A stretch of 64,000 nucleotides of DNA from Lachnospiraceae bacterium (GCA_017556805.1 JAFYMC010000016.1:47377-111376), one strand, 5' to 3'; numbered from the stretch's first letter, positions 26,256 to 36,808 are shown. The notes: a model not told the origin generated them from the letters alone. Numbers and translations are program-made.

Positions 26256-28277
26256 TTACAGTACAAACTCCGTCTCCTGCTTCTCGCTTCCCATTACCTC
26301 AAACGGTCCCGGAGTAACATTGCCTGCCGGACGCTTCTTTCCGAAGAAATCCGTATCAAATACGATGTTGGTGCCGTCCGGATTCTCGTAAGCCATTTCC
26401 GCATGATAGGACGTGCCGAGGGTATCTGCGGACAACAGCTTGGAGCCTTCTCCCCCAAGTAAATCTGCATTCGTAATGCATACCTTTACACTCTTCTTAT
26501 CCTCGGAAACCGTTACCGTAATACCCGGCTCCTCACATACCTTGGCATCCGGCTCATGGCTGCAGGCCACTGCTCCGCCGAAATATGCGTTGTCCCTAAT
26601 CTGCACCGGAATTGCCCACCGGCCCAGCTTAAAGATGCTGCCGTACTTCTCGATACGCTCCTTACGCTCCTCTTCCGTGTACTCCCACGGCATCTTCTCA
26701 TCACCGGTCGGATACTTGTCGTAGCAGGAAAGTCCCGCCGGATGCAAATAGCAGATGGAATCCGCCGGCACACCGTCCATCACGGTACCGCCGTCCTCAC
26801 GCTCCTTGCGCTCCGGAAGCGGCAAATGCTCGAAGAAGGTCATCGGCTTTACTTCCTTATCTCCGTCTCCCAGGAACAGGTTGTTCACATAACGGTCGTC
26901 ACCGCCGGAAAAATTGTTGTATCCGGCTACCGCGGTTTCATGCGGGAAGTGGTACGGTGTGGCACGTCCCAATTCTTCCTTCGGTAAAATTCTGCCCGCA
27001 AACAGGTTATGTACAAAGGCACCGCCCTGAGACATATTTCTGAAGTTCATCGGGGACAGGAACAAATTGTGGTCCACCAAATACGGTCCGTGGCATACCT
27101 CTACGAAAAAGTCCTCGGAAAGATTGTCAAAGAACACGTTTCTGCTAATTCTGGTGCCCTGTGCCTGCCAGTCTAACCATACCGCACGGTAACAGCCGTA
27201 AATCTTGTTATTTGTAATCTGAGTATCCAGGGACGCATGCAGCTTAATCCCGGCCACCTCCGCACCATGGAATACACGCTTATGATGAATTCTGTAAATA
27301 GTATTTCCGGTAATGGTACTGAAGGCGCCGCCCAAATGGCCTACCACGCCGGCCTGCTCGCAATCATGAATGATATTGTTACGTACCATATGACTGCCGA
27401 TATTATCCTTATGCCAATTTCCGTGAAGGGCCCGGAAAATAACCTCCTGCTCTCTCTGGGTACCGCCCTTTCCTTTTCCGCCGGTCCAATCGTGACCGCT
27501 GCTGATGTCCTTTCCTAAGCTGATGCCCACACACTTGGAGCCGAACACCTCATTGTCCTCGATAATCCACCCCTTGCTCCAGTGCGGTCCGATTAAGCCC
27601 TCCTGAAGCGCCGTCGGCGGTGCCCACTGCGGCGCACCCTGACAAATGGTAAAGCCCTTTACCGTGATATAGTTGAGCCCTGTCTTTTCCGGCCAGAAAC
27701 AGAACGGACGCACCGTAATTTCCACGTCTTCTTTCGTCGGATCCGCAGCACCGAAGTTTGCCCAAATCTTTGTGGTCTTCTCTCCTGCTTCCGCAAACCA
27801 GACAAGCTTCGACTCCTCCGGATACTTCGCCTGCGGCCAAACCTCAGGATTCTGAAGCTTTTCTACGGATTCCGCTTCATACATCGGTATTTTATTCAAA
27901 TACACATCGCCCAAATGCGGTACAAAAGCGCCCTCAAACAGCCAGTCTCCGGCCAAATCCTCTTTAAACGGATTGCGGTCCGTAAACAGGCTGTTGTCCA
28001 CCTCGGTACTCCACACCTGACCACCTTCATTTTTCCAGTCCTTTACCTGCTCCGCACCGGAAATGACTGCTTCGCCGTCTCCTGCAGCCTGATACACGAT
28101 TCTTGCATCCTCGGTACCGCCGTTTGCCGGCTTTACCCATTCTCTGTACACGCCCGCGTGTACCGTAACCGTATCTCCCGCTACAGCAACCTGTGCGGCT
28201 TTGGAGATGGTTAAGAACGGCTGTTCCGCGGTTCCGAGTGCTCCGTCGTTTCCTGTTTTCGCTACATGATACTCCAT
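26256..28277 (-). CDS. Right-handed parallel beta-helix glycoside hydrolase, GH120-like beta-xylosidase
   Basis: The N-terminus is MEYHVAKTGNDGALGTAEQPFLTISKAAQVAVAGDTVTVHAGVYREWVKP. As I recall it, this closely resembles the start of Thermoanaerobacterium XylC (GH120). Repeated NNxI/G beta-helix turns are present. It sits next to the GH3 gene and has no signal peptide. Confidence 0.6.
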   Translation of the reverse strand: MEYHVAKTGNDGALGTAEQPFLTISKAAQVAVAGDTVTVHAGVYREWVKPANGGTEDARIVYQAAGDGEAVISGAEQVKDWKNEGGQVWSTEVDNSLFTDRNPFKEDLAGDWLFEGAFVPHLGDVYLNKIPMYEAESVEKLQNPEVWPQAKYPEESKLVWFAEAGEKTTKIWANFGAADPTKEDVEITVRPFCFWPEKTGLNYITVKGFTICQGAPQWAPPTALQEGLIGPHWSKGWIIEDNEVFGSKCVGISLGKDISSGHDWTGGKGKGGTQREQEVIFRALHGNWHKDNIGSHMVRNNIIHDCEQAGVVGHLGGAFSTITGNTIYRIHHKRVFHGAEVAGIKLHASLDTQITNNKIYGCYRAVWLDWQAQGTRISRNVFFDNLSEDFFVEVCHGPYLVDHNLFLSPMNFRNMSQGGAFVHNLFAGRILPKEELGRATPYHFPHETAVAGYNNFSGGDDRYVNNLFLGDGDKEVKPMTFFEHLPLPERKEREDGGTVMDGVPADSICYLHPAGLSCYDKYPTGDEKMPWEYTEEERKERIEKYGSIFKLGRWAIPVQIRDNAYFGGAVACSHEPDAKVCEEPGITVTVSEDKKSVKVCITNADLLGGEGSKLLSADTLGTSYHAEMAYENPDGTNIVFDTDFFGKKRPAGNVTPGPFEVMGSEKQETEFVL

Positions 28278-28305
28278 AGTAAACCTCCTTGTATAATAAG
28301 TTTTC

Positions 28306-31056
28306 TTACTTTACTTTTTCAATGACAATTTTATGAAAATCGATTCCGTTCTGGGCAAAGGCCAAACGCACTCTGGTCGGCATAAAGGTGAGCATATATT
28401 CTCCCGTAAAGGACATCGGCTCTCCGCCTGTTCCGTGCCAGGTAAAGGTATCGTGTACTGTTCCCATAAAGTACAATGTTACCGGCATCTGTGCCAATTC
28501 ACTTGCTGTGGAACTTGCCGTAAAGGTAAAGCGATACTTCGCTCTCTCTTCAAAATTTAACATAAAGGTATGATGGCTTCCCTTTTTGCTGTGTACACCG
28601 GTCAGATCAATTTCCAGATAATCCTTCAGCTCATAGGTATAATTACTGTTTGCCCCGTCATTTTCCTCTTCTTCCGTATAGTTTACACGCTCAATCTCAT
28701 CATCGATTCCGCGAAGACGCTTCAATGCATGGGTTGAGAGAATAAAGCGACAGATATTAGCCGCATTTCTCTGTAATTCCGCGCGCTGTAAAGAACCGTC
28801 GGCCAAACATTCCATCACATTATCATCGTTGGTCAGACTGTCTCTGGTTACCATATATACATCGTTCTGGGACATGGCAAGTGCCGCAAAATCCCGCTTA
28901 TCTACCGGCTGATTTCTACGGTTGATTCCTGCCCACCAGTCGGTCATTACCATACCGTCAAAGCCCCAGTCATCACGCAGAAGCGCCGTTGCCAGATCAT
29001 AGTTTCCGGCAGTCCAAACACCATTTAAGGAACCGTAGGTGGTCATAATGGTCGGTGCCTTACCGTCCTTTACCGCATACTCAAAACACTTTAAGTAAAT
29101 TTCACGAAGGGCACGCTCGGAAATTACAGAATCAGACGTATGACGACCGGACTCCTGATCGTTTCCGACAAAATGTTTAATAGTACCGGTTACACCTGCG
29201 GAATGGAAGCCCTTCAGTTCCGATGCCGCCATGGTTCCGGTCAAATACGGATCTTCAGAGAAATACTCAAAGTTACGTCCGTTTAACGGATGACGGTGCA
29301 GGTTCATTCCCGGTCCCAGCATACAGTCAACCTTGTGATATGCTGCTTCCAAACCGAAGCAGGTAAATAAATCGTAAATCAATTCTTTGTTAAAGGTAGA
29401 TGCAATCAGCGTACCGTTCGGAATACTGAAGGCCTTGGTACCGCAGTCCATACGAATACCTGCCGGTCCGTCCGCACAACAACCGCACGGAATACCGAAT
29501 GCTGCCAACTCCTCGGTTACACCGCCAAAGGTAGATGCCGTACCCGGAGTTACCTTCGGACTGCTCATACCTTCACCGCGGATAATGCAAGCCAGGTTTT
29601 CATCGGAGAACTGGGCAATAAATTCATCCATCGTAGCTTTTCCTTCTGCCACATCAGAAAGCTTAATTCCCTTGTCACCGGTATAAGCAATTTCCTTCGG
29701 CATACGGGACAATCTGCGTGCCTCATCCTGCGGCTCTACTGCCGGCACCCCTTCAAACTTTACAACATAACCGTCACCGGTCTTTTCCGGAATCATACGC
29801 GGATAGGAACGTTCCGGTGCCAGTATCTGCTCATGTTCGGATACCACATAGGTCTCCGGTACGTTGGTGGACGCCGCTTTTTTCGCACTGCGTACATCCG
29901 CGCCCACATAAAAATGATATTCGCCCGCTTCCAATACAAAGCAGGACTTATATCCGGTCTTGCCAAGATCATCAAAGGAAGCAAAATCTGCCGTCTTTAC
30001 AGTTACAGTCAGCACCTGGGTCTCCTTCGGTGCCAGTTCTTTCGTCTTTTCATAGCCGCAAAGCACTCTTGCCGGCTTACCCAGAAGTCCCTGCGGAGCC
30101 TCACAGTACACTTGTACCACTTCTTTGCCTGCCACATCGCCGGTATTGGTTACCGCCACTTCTAACGTCACGCCTTCTTTTGCCACGGCAACCGACTTCG
30201 TCTCCATAGAAAATGTCGTATAAGACAAACCGAATCCAAACGGATACATGACCTTATCCTTAGCAAAGGTCTCAAAATAACGATAGCCCACATAAATGTC
30301 TTCGGTATAGAAATTCCGCTCTCTGCTTCCGAAATACGGATGAGACGGATAATCCTCAATCGTATACGCTATCGTATCCGGCAGCTTACCGGACGGGCTT
30401 ACCTGACCGGTGAGCACCTGTGCCGTACCGGTTCCGCCGAGCATACCGCCCTGCCAACCGTATAACACCGCTTCCGGCTCGTATTTGGTCACAAAACTCA
30501 TATCAATAATACCTCCCACATTGAGAAGTACCACCATCTTCTTAAAATGCTTTCTTACCTTGGCAAGCATCTCTTCTTCGCCGTCGCTTAAGAAGTAAGC
30601 GCCCTTTTCCGCACGATTGTCCTGATCCTCTCCTGCGGTACGCCCGATAATGACAAGCGCAACCTCCGATTCTGCCGATGCCTTTTCACAAACCTCGTCG
30701 GAAAGAGGCATTTCTTTCTGGCTCCATGGCTCTGCGCCCCAACCGGTACCTAAATCAAACGGGTACTCCATACACCAGTCTTCATATACCTTTAACAACT
30801 CGCGGTTTACCTCAACCGCTCCACTCTCAATCAAACCTTCCGTAATTCCCACTACACGGGATACGTTTACCATACCGCCGGAACCGGTTCCGCTCTTATA
30901 ATAATCCAGCTGAATTCTGCCGAACACCGCTACCTTTTCGTCTTTTTGGAACGGAAGCACGTTCCCTTCGTTACGGAGCAACACGCATCCTTCCGCAACG
31001 GAAGCCACCGCTTTCTCCGAATAATACTTCCAATCCAATACCTTCTTCTGTCCCAT
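28306..31056 (-). CDS. GH3 beta-glucosidase/beta-xylosidase with reversed (circularly permuted) domain order
   Basis: An alpha/beta-sandwich-type sequence comes first (CVLLRNEGNVLPF...VAVFG). An Fn3-like segment follows (VEVAVTNTGDVAGKEVVQVY). The barrel, with nucleophile motif GFDGMVMTDW, lies near residue 690. The start is placed at MGQKK (31056), preceded by an AAAGGA SD. Confidence 0.85.
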   Translation of the reverse strand: MGQKKVLDWKYYSEKAVASVAEGCVLLRNEGNVLPFQKDEKVAVFGRIQLDYYKSGTGSGGMVNVSRVVGITEGLIESGAVEVNRELLKVYEDWCMEYPFDLGTGWGAEPWSQKEMPLSDEVCEKASAESEVALVIIGRTAGEDQDNRAEKGAYFLSDGEEEMLAKVRKHFKKMVVLLNVGGIIDMSFVTKYEPEAVLYGWQGGMLGGTGTAQVLTGQVSPSGKLPDTIAYTIEDYPSHPYFGSRERNFYTEDIYVGYRYFETFAKDKVMYPFGFGLSYTTFSMETKSVAVAKEGVTLEVAVTNTGDVAGKEVVQVYCEAPQGLLGKPARVLCGYEKTKELAPKETQVLTVTVKTADFASFDDLGKTGYKSCFVLEAGEYHFYVGADVRSAKKAASTNVPETYVVSEHEQILAPERSYPRMIPEKTGDGYVVKFEGVPAVEPQDEARRLSRMPKEIAYTGDKGIKLSDVAEGKATMDEFIAQFSDENLACIIRGEGMSSPKVTPGTASTFGGVTEELAAFGIPCGCCADGPAGIRMDCGTKAFSIPNGTLIASTFNKELIYDLFTCFGLEAAYHKVDCMLGPGMNLHRHPLNGRNFEYFSEDPYLTGTMAASELKGFHSAGVTGTIKHFVGNDQESGRHTSDSVISERALREIYLKCFEYAVKDGKAPTIMTTYGSLNGVWTAGNYDLATALLRDDWGFDGMVMTDWWAGINRRNQPVDKRDFAALAMSQNDVYMVTRDSLTNDDNVMECLADGSLQRAELQRNAANICRFILSTHALKRLRGIDDEIERVNYTEEEENDGANSNYTYELKDYLEIDLTGVHSKKGSHHTFMLNFEERAKYRFTFTASSTASELAQMPVTLYFMGTVHDTFTWHGTGGEPMSFTGEYMLTFMPTRVRLAFAQNGIDFHKIVIEKVK

Positions 31057-31149
31057 AAGAATTCCTTTCTGCCGAACCTCCGGCACTTTTCTCTGCTGTA
31101 CAACTTTCACTTACGGCGCTTCTCCCCACGCTCGCCCGATATAAACATT

Positions 31150-31845
31150 CTATCCACGTTTCTTCAGAAACGCCTCCGCCAACACCATATCCTCCGGTGT
31201 GGTTACTTTCATGTTTGTATAACTGCCCCGTACCATCTGAATCGGAATATCGTGATACAGGCCTACTACCATGGCATCGTCCGTTACATGAATTTCCGGC
31301 TCCTGCATTAACCGCTCGTAAGCGTCATAGGCCAGTGAAAATTCAAAGCTCTGAGGTGTCTGGGCCGTCCAGAGACTGTCCCTTTTCGGCGTCAGGGTAA
31401 TGGTTCCCCGTTCATCCGTCATCTGTATGGTATCCTTTACCGGCATGCCCGCTACACAAGCACCGTACTGCTCTGTTTCCGCAATCAATCGGTTAATCAA
31501 CTCAGCCGTCACGAGCGGTCTGGCGCCGTCATGAATCAGGACATAATCCGGTTCCTGCTCCTTCAAACCTTTCAATCCGTTCCATACAGAGACATACCGT
31601 TCCGATCCACCGGCAACGATGCTCACAACCTTCGAAAACCCGAACCGCTCTACCAGCTCCTTCTTGCAGTACTCCTCGTCCCCTTCTGTCGTCACCAAAA
31701 CCACTTGCTCTACGTCACTATCCTCAAAAGCTTTCAAGGCATAATACAAGAGCGGCTTTCCCAGTAGCTCCATATACTGCTTCGGAATGTCGCTTTGCAT
31801 CCTGCTTCCTTTTCCGCCTGCCAATACAATCCCCGCTGCCGCCAT
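31150..31845 (-). CDS. ispD: 2-C-methyl-D-erythritol 4-phosphate cytidylyltransferase
   Basis: The motif is GIVLAGGKGSRMQSDIPKQYMELLGKPLLYYALKAF. The product is 231 aa. Confidence 0.9.
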   Translation of the reverse strand: MAAAGIVLAGGKGSRMQSDIPKQYMELLGKPLLYYALKAFEDSDVEQVVLVTTEGDEEYCKKELVERFGFSKVVSIVAGGSERYVSVWNGLKGLKEQEPDYVLIHDGARPLVTAELINRLIAETEQYGACVAGMPVKDTIQMTDERGTITLTPKRDSLWTAQTPQSFEFSLAYDAYERLMQEPEIHVTDDAMVVGLYHDIPIQMVRGSYTNMKVTTPEDMVLAEAFLKKRG

Positions 31846-31853
31846 AGTCCTCC

Positions 31854-32864
31854 TTACCTTTCACCGAGTTGCAAATTCGGTACCGCATTCAAATCCAAGC
31901 CGTGTCGAACACCCTTCTTAAACTCATAGTACGCCGCTGCACCGATCATGACTGCATTATCCGTACAAAGAATCGGTGACGGTCGATACAGTTCGATACC
32001 GGCCTGCATGCAAGCCTCCTCCATGCCTGCACGAATGGCGGAATTGGATGCCACACCGCCGGCCAAAGCCAGCTTCTTCATGCCGGTAGCCTTTACCGCC
32101 GCCATAGTCTTTTCCACCAATACATCTACCACCGACTGCTGGAAGGATGCCGCCACATCCGCAGGATTAATCTCAATCCCCTGCATAGCCGACTGATTCA
32201 AATAATTTAATACCGCAGACTTCACACCACTGAAGCTGAAATCATACGGAGAATCCGCAATCTGTCCCTTCGGGAATGCAATCGCCTTTGGGTTGCCCTC
32301 CTTGGACAGCTTATCAATCTTCGGACCGCCCGGATATCCAAGACCGATGGCACGTGCCACCTTATCAAAGGCCTCTCCCGCCGCATCATCGTGAGTCCGT
32401 CCTAAAATCTCGTACTCACCGTAATCCGCCACCCGCACCAAATGGGTGTGCCCGCCGGATACCACCAGGCACAAAAACGGCGGCTCCAATTCTAAATTCT
32501 CTATGTAATTTGCGGAAATATGTCCCTCGATATGATGCACTCCGATGAGCGGTTTCCCTGCCGCATAAGCAAGCGCTTTTGCATGGGCAACGCCCACCAA
32601 AAGGGCACCCACAAGCCCCGGACCGTAAGTGACTGCCACCGCATCCACCTCGGACAATGTCATCTCCGCCTCGGAAAGAGCCTGATCTACCACGTTGTTG
32701 ATACGCTCCGTATGCTTTCTGGACGCAATTTCCGGCACTACGCCGCCGTATAATGTATGGATATCGATTTGCGACGAAATCACATTGGACAGTACCTTAC
32801 GCCCGTCCGCCACCACCGCTGCCGCGGTTTCGTCACAGGATGATTCAATTGCTAAAATTCGCAC
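31854..32864 (-). CDS. tsaD: tRNA N6-adenosine threonylcarbamoyltransferase
   Basis: The motifs are [30 protein letters not shown] and GVHHIEGH. Confidence 0.95.
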   Translation of the reverse strand: MRILAIESSCDETAAAVVADGRKVLSNVISSQIDIHTLYGGVVPEIASRKHTERINNVVDQALSEAEMTLSEVDAVAVTYGPGLVGALLVGVAHAKALAYAAGKPLIGVHHIEGHISANYIENLELEPPFLCLVVSGGHTHLVRVADYGEYEILGRTHDDAAGEAFDKVARAIGLGYPGGPKIDKLSKEGNPKAIAFPKGQIADSPYDFSFSGVKSAVLNYLNQSAMQGIEINPADVAASFQQSVVDVLVEKTMAAVKATGMKKLALAGGVASNSAIRAGMEEACMQAGIELYRPSPILCTDNAVMIGAAAYYEFKKGVRHGLDLNAVPNLQLGER

Positions 32865-32890
32865 GTTATTTGCCTCCGTTACGTTATTTC

Positions 32891-33457
32891 CTATTCCCCA
32901 TCAGCCGTCTCCCAGCCTAAAATCTTATAGTTTCCGTCGGAATCCTTTCTCATAATCAAATTACGGTAACTGCCGCCGCTTCCCGATTCGGATTTACTCA
33001 TAAACTGAAACATAATAGACGCATAGTTCTTACCGTCTCTTTTCCATTTCGTCACATTACTGGCTTTATCCAATATGTATCCGGTAAATACGAGTTTCTT
33101 TTCCTTCGCCGTTGCCAAATCCTCTTTGGTGGACGCAAGCAGGGAATCATACGGATTGATTGCCGCAAATTCCTCGTCAAACAGTTCTCGCTCCATTCGA
33201 ACCAATTCTTCCAGCTGGGCATCCGTCGTATCCGCACTGTAGATGCATTGTACAATTTCACAGTACAACTCCGCCACGGAATATGGCGTCGGCGGGTAAT
33301 TCGTCTCCAGGCTCTTCGCCAAAAGCTGCTCCGCCGCCGTGTTCACCGGCTCTTCTGCCTGCTTTCCGGAACGGTCAATATACCAATACAACGCCACAAT
33401 GGCGCAGGCCAGTACCAGAACTACACTGACTGTCACGATTCTCTTTTTCATTTTCAT
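32891..33457 (-). CDS. Hypothetical membrane-anchored protein
   Basis: There is an N-terminal TM segment ([21 protein letters not shown]). I do not recognise the remainder. Confidence 0.5.
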   Translation of the reverse strand: MKMKKRIVTVSVVLVLACAIVALYWYIDRSGKQAEEPVNTAAEQLLAKSLETNYPPTPYSVAELYCEIVQCIYSADTTDAQLEELVRMERELFDEEFAAINPYDSLLASTKEDLATAKEKKLVFTGYILDKASNVTKWKRDGKNYASIMFQFMSKSESGSGGSYRNLIMRKDSDGNYKILGWETADGE

Positions 33458-33487
33458 AGGAATCCCTCCTTTACGCCACGAACCGCA

Positions 33488-34402
33488 CTACTCGTTTTTA
33501 TCAAACTCCAGCACTACCGTTCTGCCGTCCTTTGCCGCATAGGTGGCAGGAAAAATCTTCCGTGTCTTCGGAATATACTCCTCCGGGCGAATGAGAGAAG
33601 GGCTGTAATGAGTCAGCCACAGCTCCTTGACATTCGCCTCTTTTGCCAGCTTCGCAGCCTCATAAAAGGTCATATGCTTATGCTCCAACGCCTTATTCAT
33701 CTTGTCGTCTTCGCCGTACATGCCCTCGCAGATAAACAAATCCGCCTCCGCAGCGTGAACCGCCATACTCTTAGTCGGTCTGGTGTCCGTGCTGTAAGCA
33801 AGGCGAATGCCCTTTCGCGGCGGTCCGATTACCATATCAGGAGTATAACATACCCCGTCCGCCTCAATGGTCTCGCCCTTCTGCAACCGATTCCAGTACT
33901 TCTGCGGTACGTTATTCTCTGCCGCTTTCTCCGGAAAGAACCGTCCTCCCCGGCGTACCACTACGGAATACCCGTAACAAAGCACGTTATGATTTACTTT
34001 ATAGGCTTCAATTTCATAACCGTGGGTAAAAATCGTCTCCTCTGCCTCGGTTAATTCATGAAACTCCAATGTAAAGGGCAGCTCCGGCGCAATGGTCCGG
34101 AGTGCACCTACTACCCGTTCCAACCCCTTCGGTCCGATGAGAGTCACAGGCTCCTTTCGCTCTGCGTTTCCCATGGACAATAACAATCCCGGCAAACCGC
34201 TGATATGATCTCCGTGATAATGGGTAAAACAAATCACATCAATGTCATGAAAACTCCATCCTTTTTCCCGAATCGCCACCTGGGTGCCCTCGCCGCAATC
34301 AATGAGCAGACTGCTACCGTTTAACCGCGTCATCAGGGCGGTCAGCCAACGATTCGGAAGCGGCATCATTCCGCCGGTCCCTAACAAACAAACTTCTAAC
34401 AT
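33488..34402 (-). CDS. rnz: Ribonuclease Z (metallo-beta-lactamase fold)
   Basis: The sequence starts MLEVCLLGTGGMMPLPNRWLTALM and carries the HxHxDH motif (FTHYHGDHISGLPGLL). The product is 304 aa. Confidence 0.9.
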   Translation of the reverse strand: MLEVCLLGTGGMMPLPNRWLTALMTRLNGSSLLIDCGEGTQVAIREKGWSFHDIDVICFTHYHGDHISGLPGLLLSMGNAERKEPVTLIGPKGLERVVGALRTIAPELPFTLEFHELTEAEETIFTHGYEIEAYKVNHNVLCYGYSVVVRRGGRFFPEKAAENNVPQKYWNRLQKGETIEADGVCYTPDMVIGPPRKGIRLAYSTDTRPTKSMAVHAAEADLFICEGMYGEDDKMNKALEHKHMTFYEAAKLAKEANVKELWLTHYSPSLIRPEEYIPKTRKIFPATYAAKDGRTVVLEFDKNE

Positions 34403-34623
34403 AAAACCTCCTGCTTTTTTTCTATCTTCACAGGTAACTTAAACTGCTTTATCCATTCATCATAGCAGTCCTCACACACCACAATATGATGAATCTGTAA
34501 ATCTTTCTCGGAAAAGTAGCCCCATTCCTTGCGGATATAGACCGCATCCTCCGTCACGGTTTTTCCGCTGTCGGAGGTCGCAAGAGCTCGTCCGCAACAA
34601 TTACAGAGTACCTTCTGCTTCAT
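34396..34623 (-). CDS. Small CxxC...CxxC zinc-ribbon-like protein (75 aa)
   Basis: The sequence is MKQKVLCNCCGR...VVCEDCYDEW. AAGGAG lies 8 nt upstream of ATG 34623. The 3-prime end overlaps the rnz start by 7 nt. Confidence 0.5.
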   Translation of the reverse strand: MKQKVLCNCCGRALATSDSGKTVTEDAVYIRKEWGYFSEKDLQIHHIVVCEDCYDEWIKQFKLPVKIEKKQEVLC

Positions 34624-34701
34624 CCGTTCCACTCCTTTCAATCCCTCAACATGATTATACCTCATTTTGGTGGAAATGGGTAGTGGTAATTATTTTCTTC
34701 C

Positions 34702-35817
34702 CTAACTTTGCATTCTTTCCAAATTCACATCCGAATGCTCCAATTCCCTGGAATATCGGTACACGATTTTCTTAATATCTTCTCCCGATATTGTTCCTTC
34801 CTGTTCTTTCCACTTCGCCAGAAACATTTGATACAAAACCGTAACACTGTCTATCGACATTTTTATTTTACCTATGACATTATCATCGTACACCGCACCG
34901 CAGAAATAGGCAAAAACAAAGTATACCAGCAGTTGTTCCAACAGGATGTCCATGTTTACACTGTCAAGCGGTGCCTGCATACAATATTCTTTAAACCGCT
35001 TCTGCATCTCATGATAGGTTTGTACACCCTCACCGTACAATATCTTCTTACACCGATTCAGATACTCTTCCCAGTCATCGCTTAAAAATTCCAACTCGTA
35101 TAACCGGTCAAACACCGCTTTGGAATACTGAAAAGATTCCTCCCTATTTTCATAAAAAGTTTTTAACTCCTGCTCTGCTTCCCGGACAGCATTTGCCAGC
35201 TTCGCTTCCTCCTCGTAGTTTTCAAACACATCCGCTAAATCAAACAAGTCGCTTTCCTCAATGATGTTCTGCATTTCTTCTGCCATTTTTCGCACCAGTG
35301 CTACCCGCACCGCTACAGACAACCTGCGATTTTGCAACAGAGCTATCATAATCTTTCTGGCATCCTCCAAATAGGAGTCAAAATCGTCGAATTCTTCCTC
35401 GTCCGCGTCAAGCTCCTCTTCCGAAAACTTCACCGGCTCTTTCTGTTCCAACAGAATCCTTGCCACTTCCGGACAGGAAACCGTCAGCGTAATCTCCCGC
35501 AGATTTTCAAATTCCTCGATATGTCTCGGGTAATTTGCGCAAGTAAAACAAAGACTGTCCTCACCCAACTGTTCATACATCTCACACAGATTATTCTCCT
35601 TTAGAAAAGCACATCGTTTATGACAATCTTGCACAAACACGCCTTCCGCAAAGTCAATGCGTTCCCGCAAAACTTCTCCGTACTCTCCCGACTCGGACTT
35701 GTAGCGACAAAGCGCCTCTTCATCAATCACAATCTGCCATCCGGCACAACACGTTGCTTCACACCGGTCCGCAACACACTTAAATTTATCATAATAATCC
35801 GGTCTTACATATAACAT
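34702..35817 (-). CDS. FliB-family (flagellin lysine-N-methylase-like) Cys-rich protein
   Basis: The N-terminus RPDYYDKFKCVADRCEATCCAGWQIVIDEE matches the FliB/CxxCxxCC-type block as I recall it. Confidence 0.55.
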   Translation of the reverse strand: MLYVRPDYYDKFKCVADRCEATCCAGWQIVIDEEALCRYKSESGEYGEVLRERIDFAEGVFVQDCHKRCAFLKENNLCEMYEQLGEDSLCFTCANYPRHIEEFENLREITLTVSCPEVARILLEQKEPVKFSEEELDADEEEFDDFDSYLEDARKIMIALLQNRRLSVAVRVALVRKMAEEMQNIIEESDLFDLADVFENYEEEAKLANAVREAEQELKTFYENREESFQYSKAVFDRLYELEFLSDDWEEYLNRCKKILYGEGVQTYHEMQKRFKEYCMQAPLDSVNMDILLEQLLVYFVFAYFCGAVYDDNVIGKIKMSIDSVTVLYQMFLAKWKEQEGTISGEDIKKIVYRYSRELEHSDVNLERMQS

Positions 35818-35839
35818 AAACTGCGGGCCTCCGTTTTCC

Positions 35840-36436
35840 TTAAGGTAGTAAAAAAATCAGTATTCGTTCCCTCGGGTCATTGCCCTCAAACAAATCACTG
35901 CAATTGATTTCATCATAAAATTCCAGTTCATCCACCGTCATAAGATAGGAAATATACTCCTCCGACGGGTAATAAAAAAACAGATACGCCTCCCTCGGAT
36001 TCTCATAATAGGACTCCAGAATTCGCGCCATCACCTTCCGAAGTAATTCCACGGAAAAGGGATTGAAAAAATAGAACCGATTGACCTCCGCCGGCACTTC
36101 ATACGCTTCTGCTCTTGCCGGTACAAAGTCCGTCCTTGCACCCGAAACCGCCGTCTTCCGGTTCTCCAGTGCTCCCTGATAAATCCGTTCATCGTACTCT
36201 ATCCCCAAAGTACTTGCTTTCGTCTGATAGGACAAAAAGAACTCCACTCGTCCTTTCCCACTGCCATAGTCCAAAACCACATCTTTTTTACGAATCAGGC
36301 CGCTGTTGGCCAACCGCTCTAACACACTGTATGGCGTTGGTTCATAAGGATATCGATATTGATCGGCGTTGGAATCATCCCGACCGGTTGTTTTTATTTG
36401 CAGGAGCTTGTCCCATGTAGTTTCACTATCTTGCAT
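35840..36436 (-). CDS. Class I SAM-dependent methyltransferase
   Basis: Motif I is VVLDYGSGKGRVEFFL. Confidence 0.6.
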   Translation of the reverse strand: MQDSETTWDKLLQIKTTGRDDSNADQYRYPYEPTPYSVLERLANSGLIRKKDVVLDYGSGKGRVEFFLSYQTKASTLGIEYDERIYQGALENRKTAVSGARTDFVPARAEAYEVPAEVNRFYFFNPFSVELLRKVMARILESYYENPREAYLFFYYPSEEYISYLMTVDELEFYDEINCSDLFEGNDPRERILIFLLP

Positions 36437-36469
36437 TCTTCTTCCCTACTTTTCCAACTGTTCTCTGTA

Positions 36470-36808
36470 TCACTTTCTCTTTGGTGCCACCAAATCATAG
36501 CTTTCCGCGATCATTCGTTTGATTTCTTTCTCCGGCACCTTCCCGTCCAAAATCACCGTATTCCAGTGTTCCTTGTTCTGATGATAACCCGGTTGCACGG
36601 AATGGTAGGCATTCCGCCAAAAATCTCTCCACTCCGGACTCACCTTCACGTTAATACAAACATTCCCATTTCTCTCATAAGTCCAGAGAAACACTTTTTT
36701 GTTCTTTTTCACTCGTACCAGCTGCCAGTTTTCATCATGAAAGGGTGCATCCTGATAGGTATTCGGAAGTGACAGTCCGTACGCCAGAACATCTTCTCGT
36801 GTTGTCAT
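36470..36808 (-). CDS. MmcQ/YjbR family protein
   Basis: The blocks are VLAYGLSLPNTYQDAPF...WQLVRV...KVF and HWNTVILDG. The product is 112 aa. Confidence 0.7.
   Translation of the reverse strand: MTTREDVLAYGLSLPNTYQDAPFHDENWQLVRVKKNKKVFLWTYERNGNVCINVKVSPEWRDFWRNAYHSVQPGYHQNKEHWNTVILDGKVPEKEIKRMIAESYDLVAPKRK

Noticed and set aside
33248-34054. 268-aa plus-strand ORF
   Set aside because: It is antisense to rnz and the neighbouring gene. Its Arg/Leu-rich composition is typical of antisense frames of coding DNA, and it has no SD.
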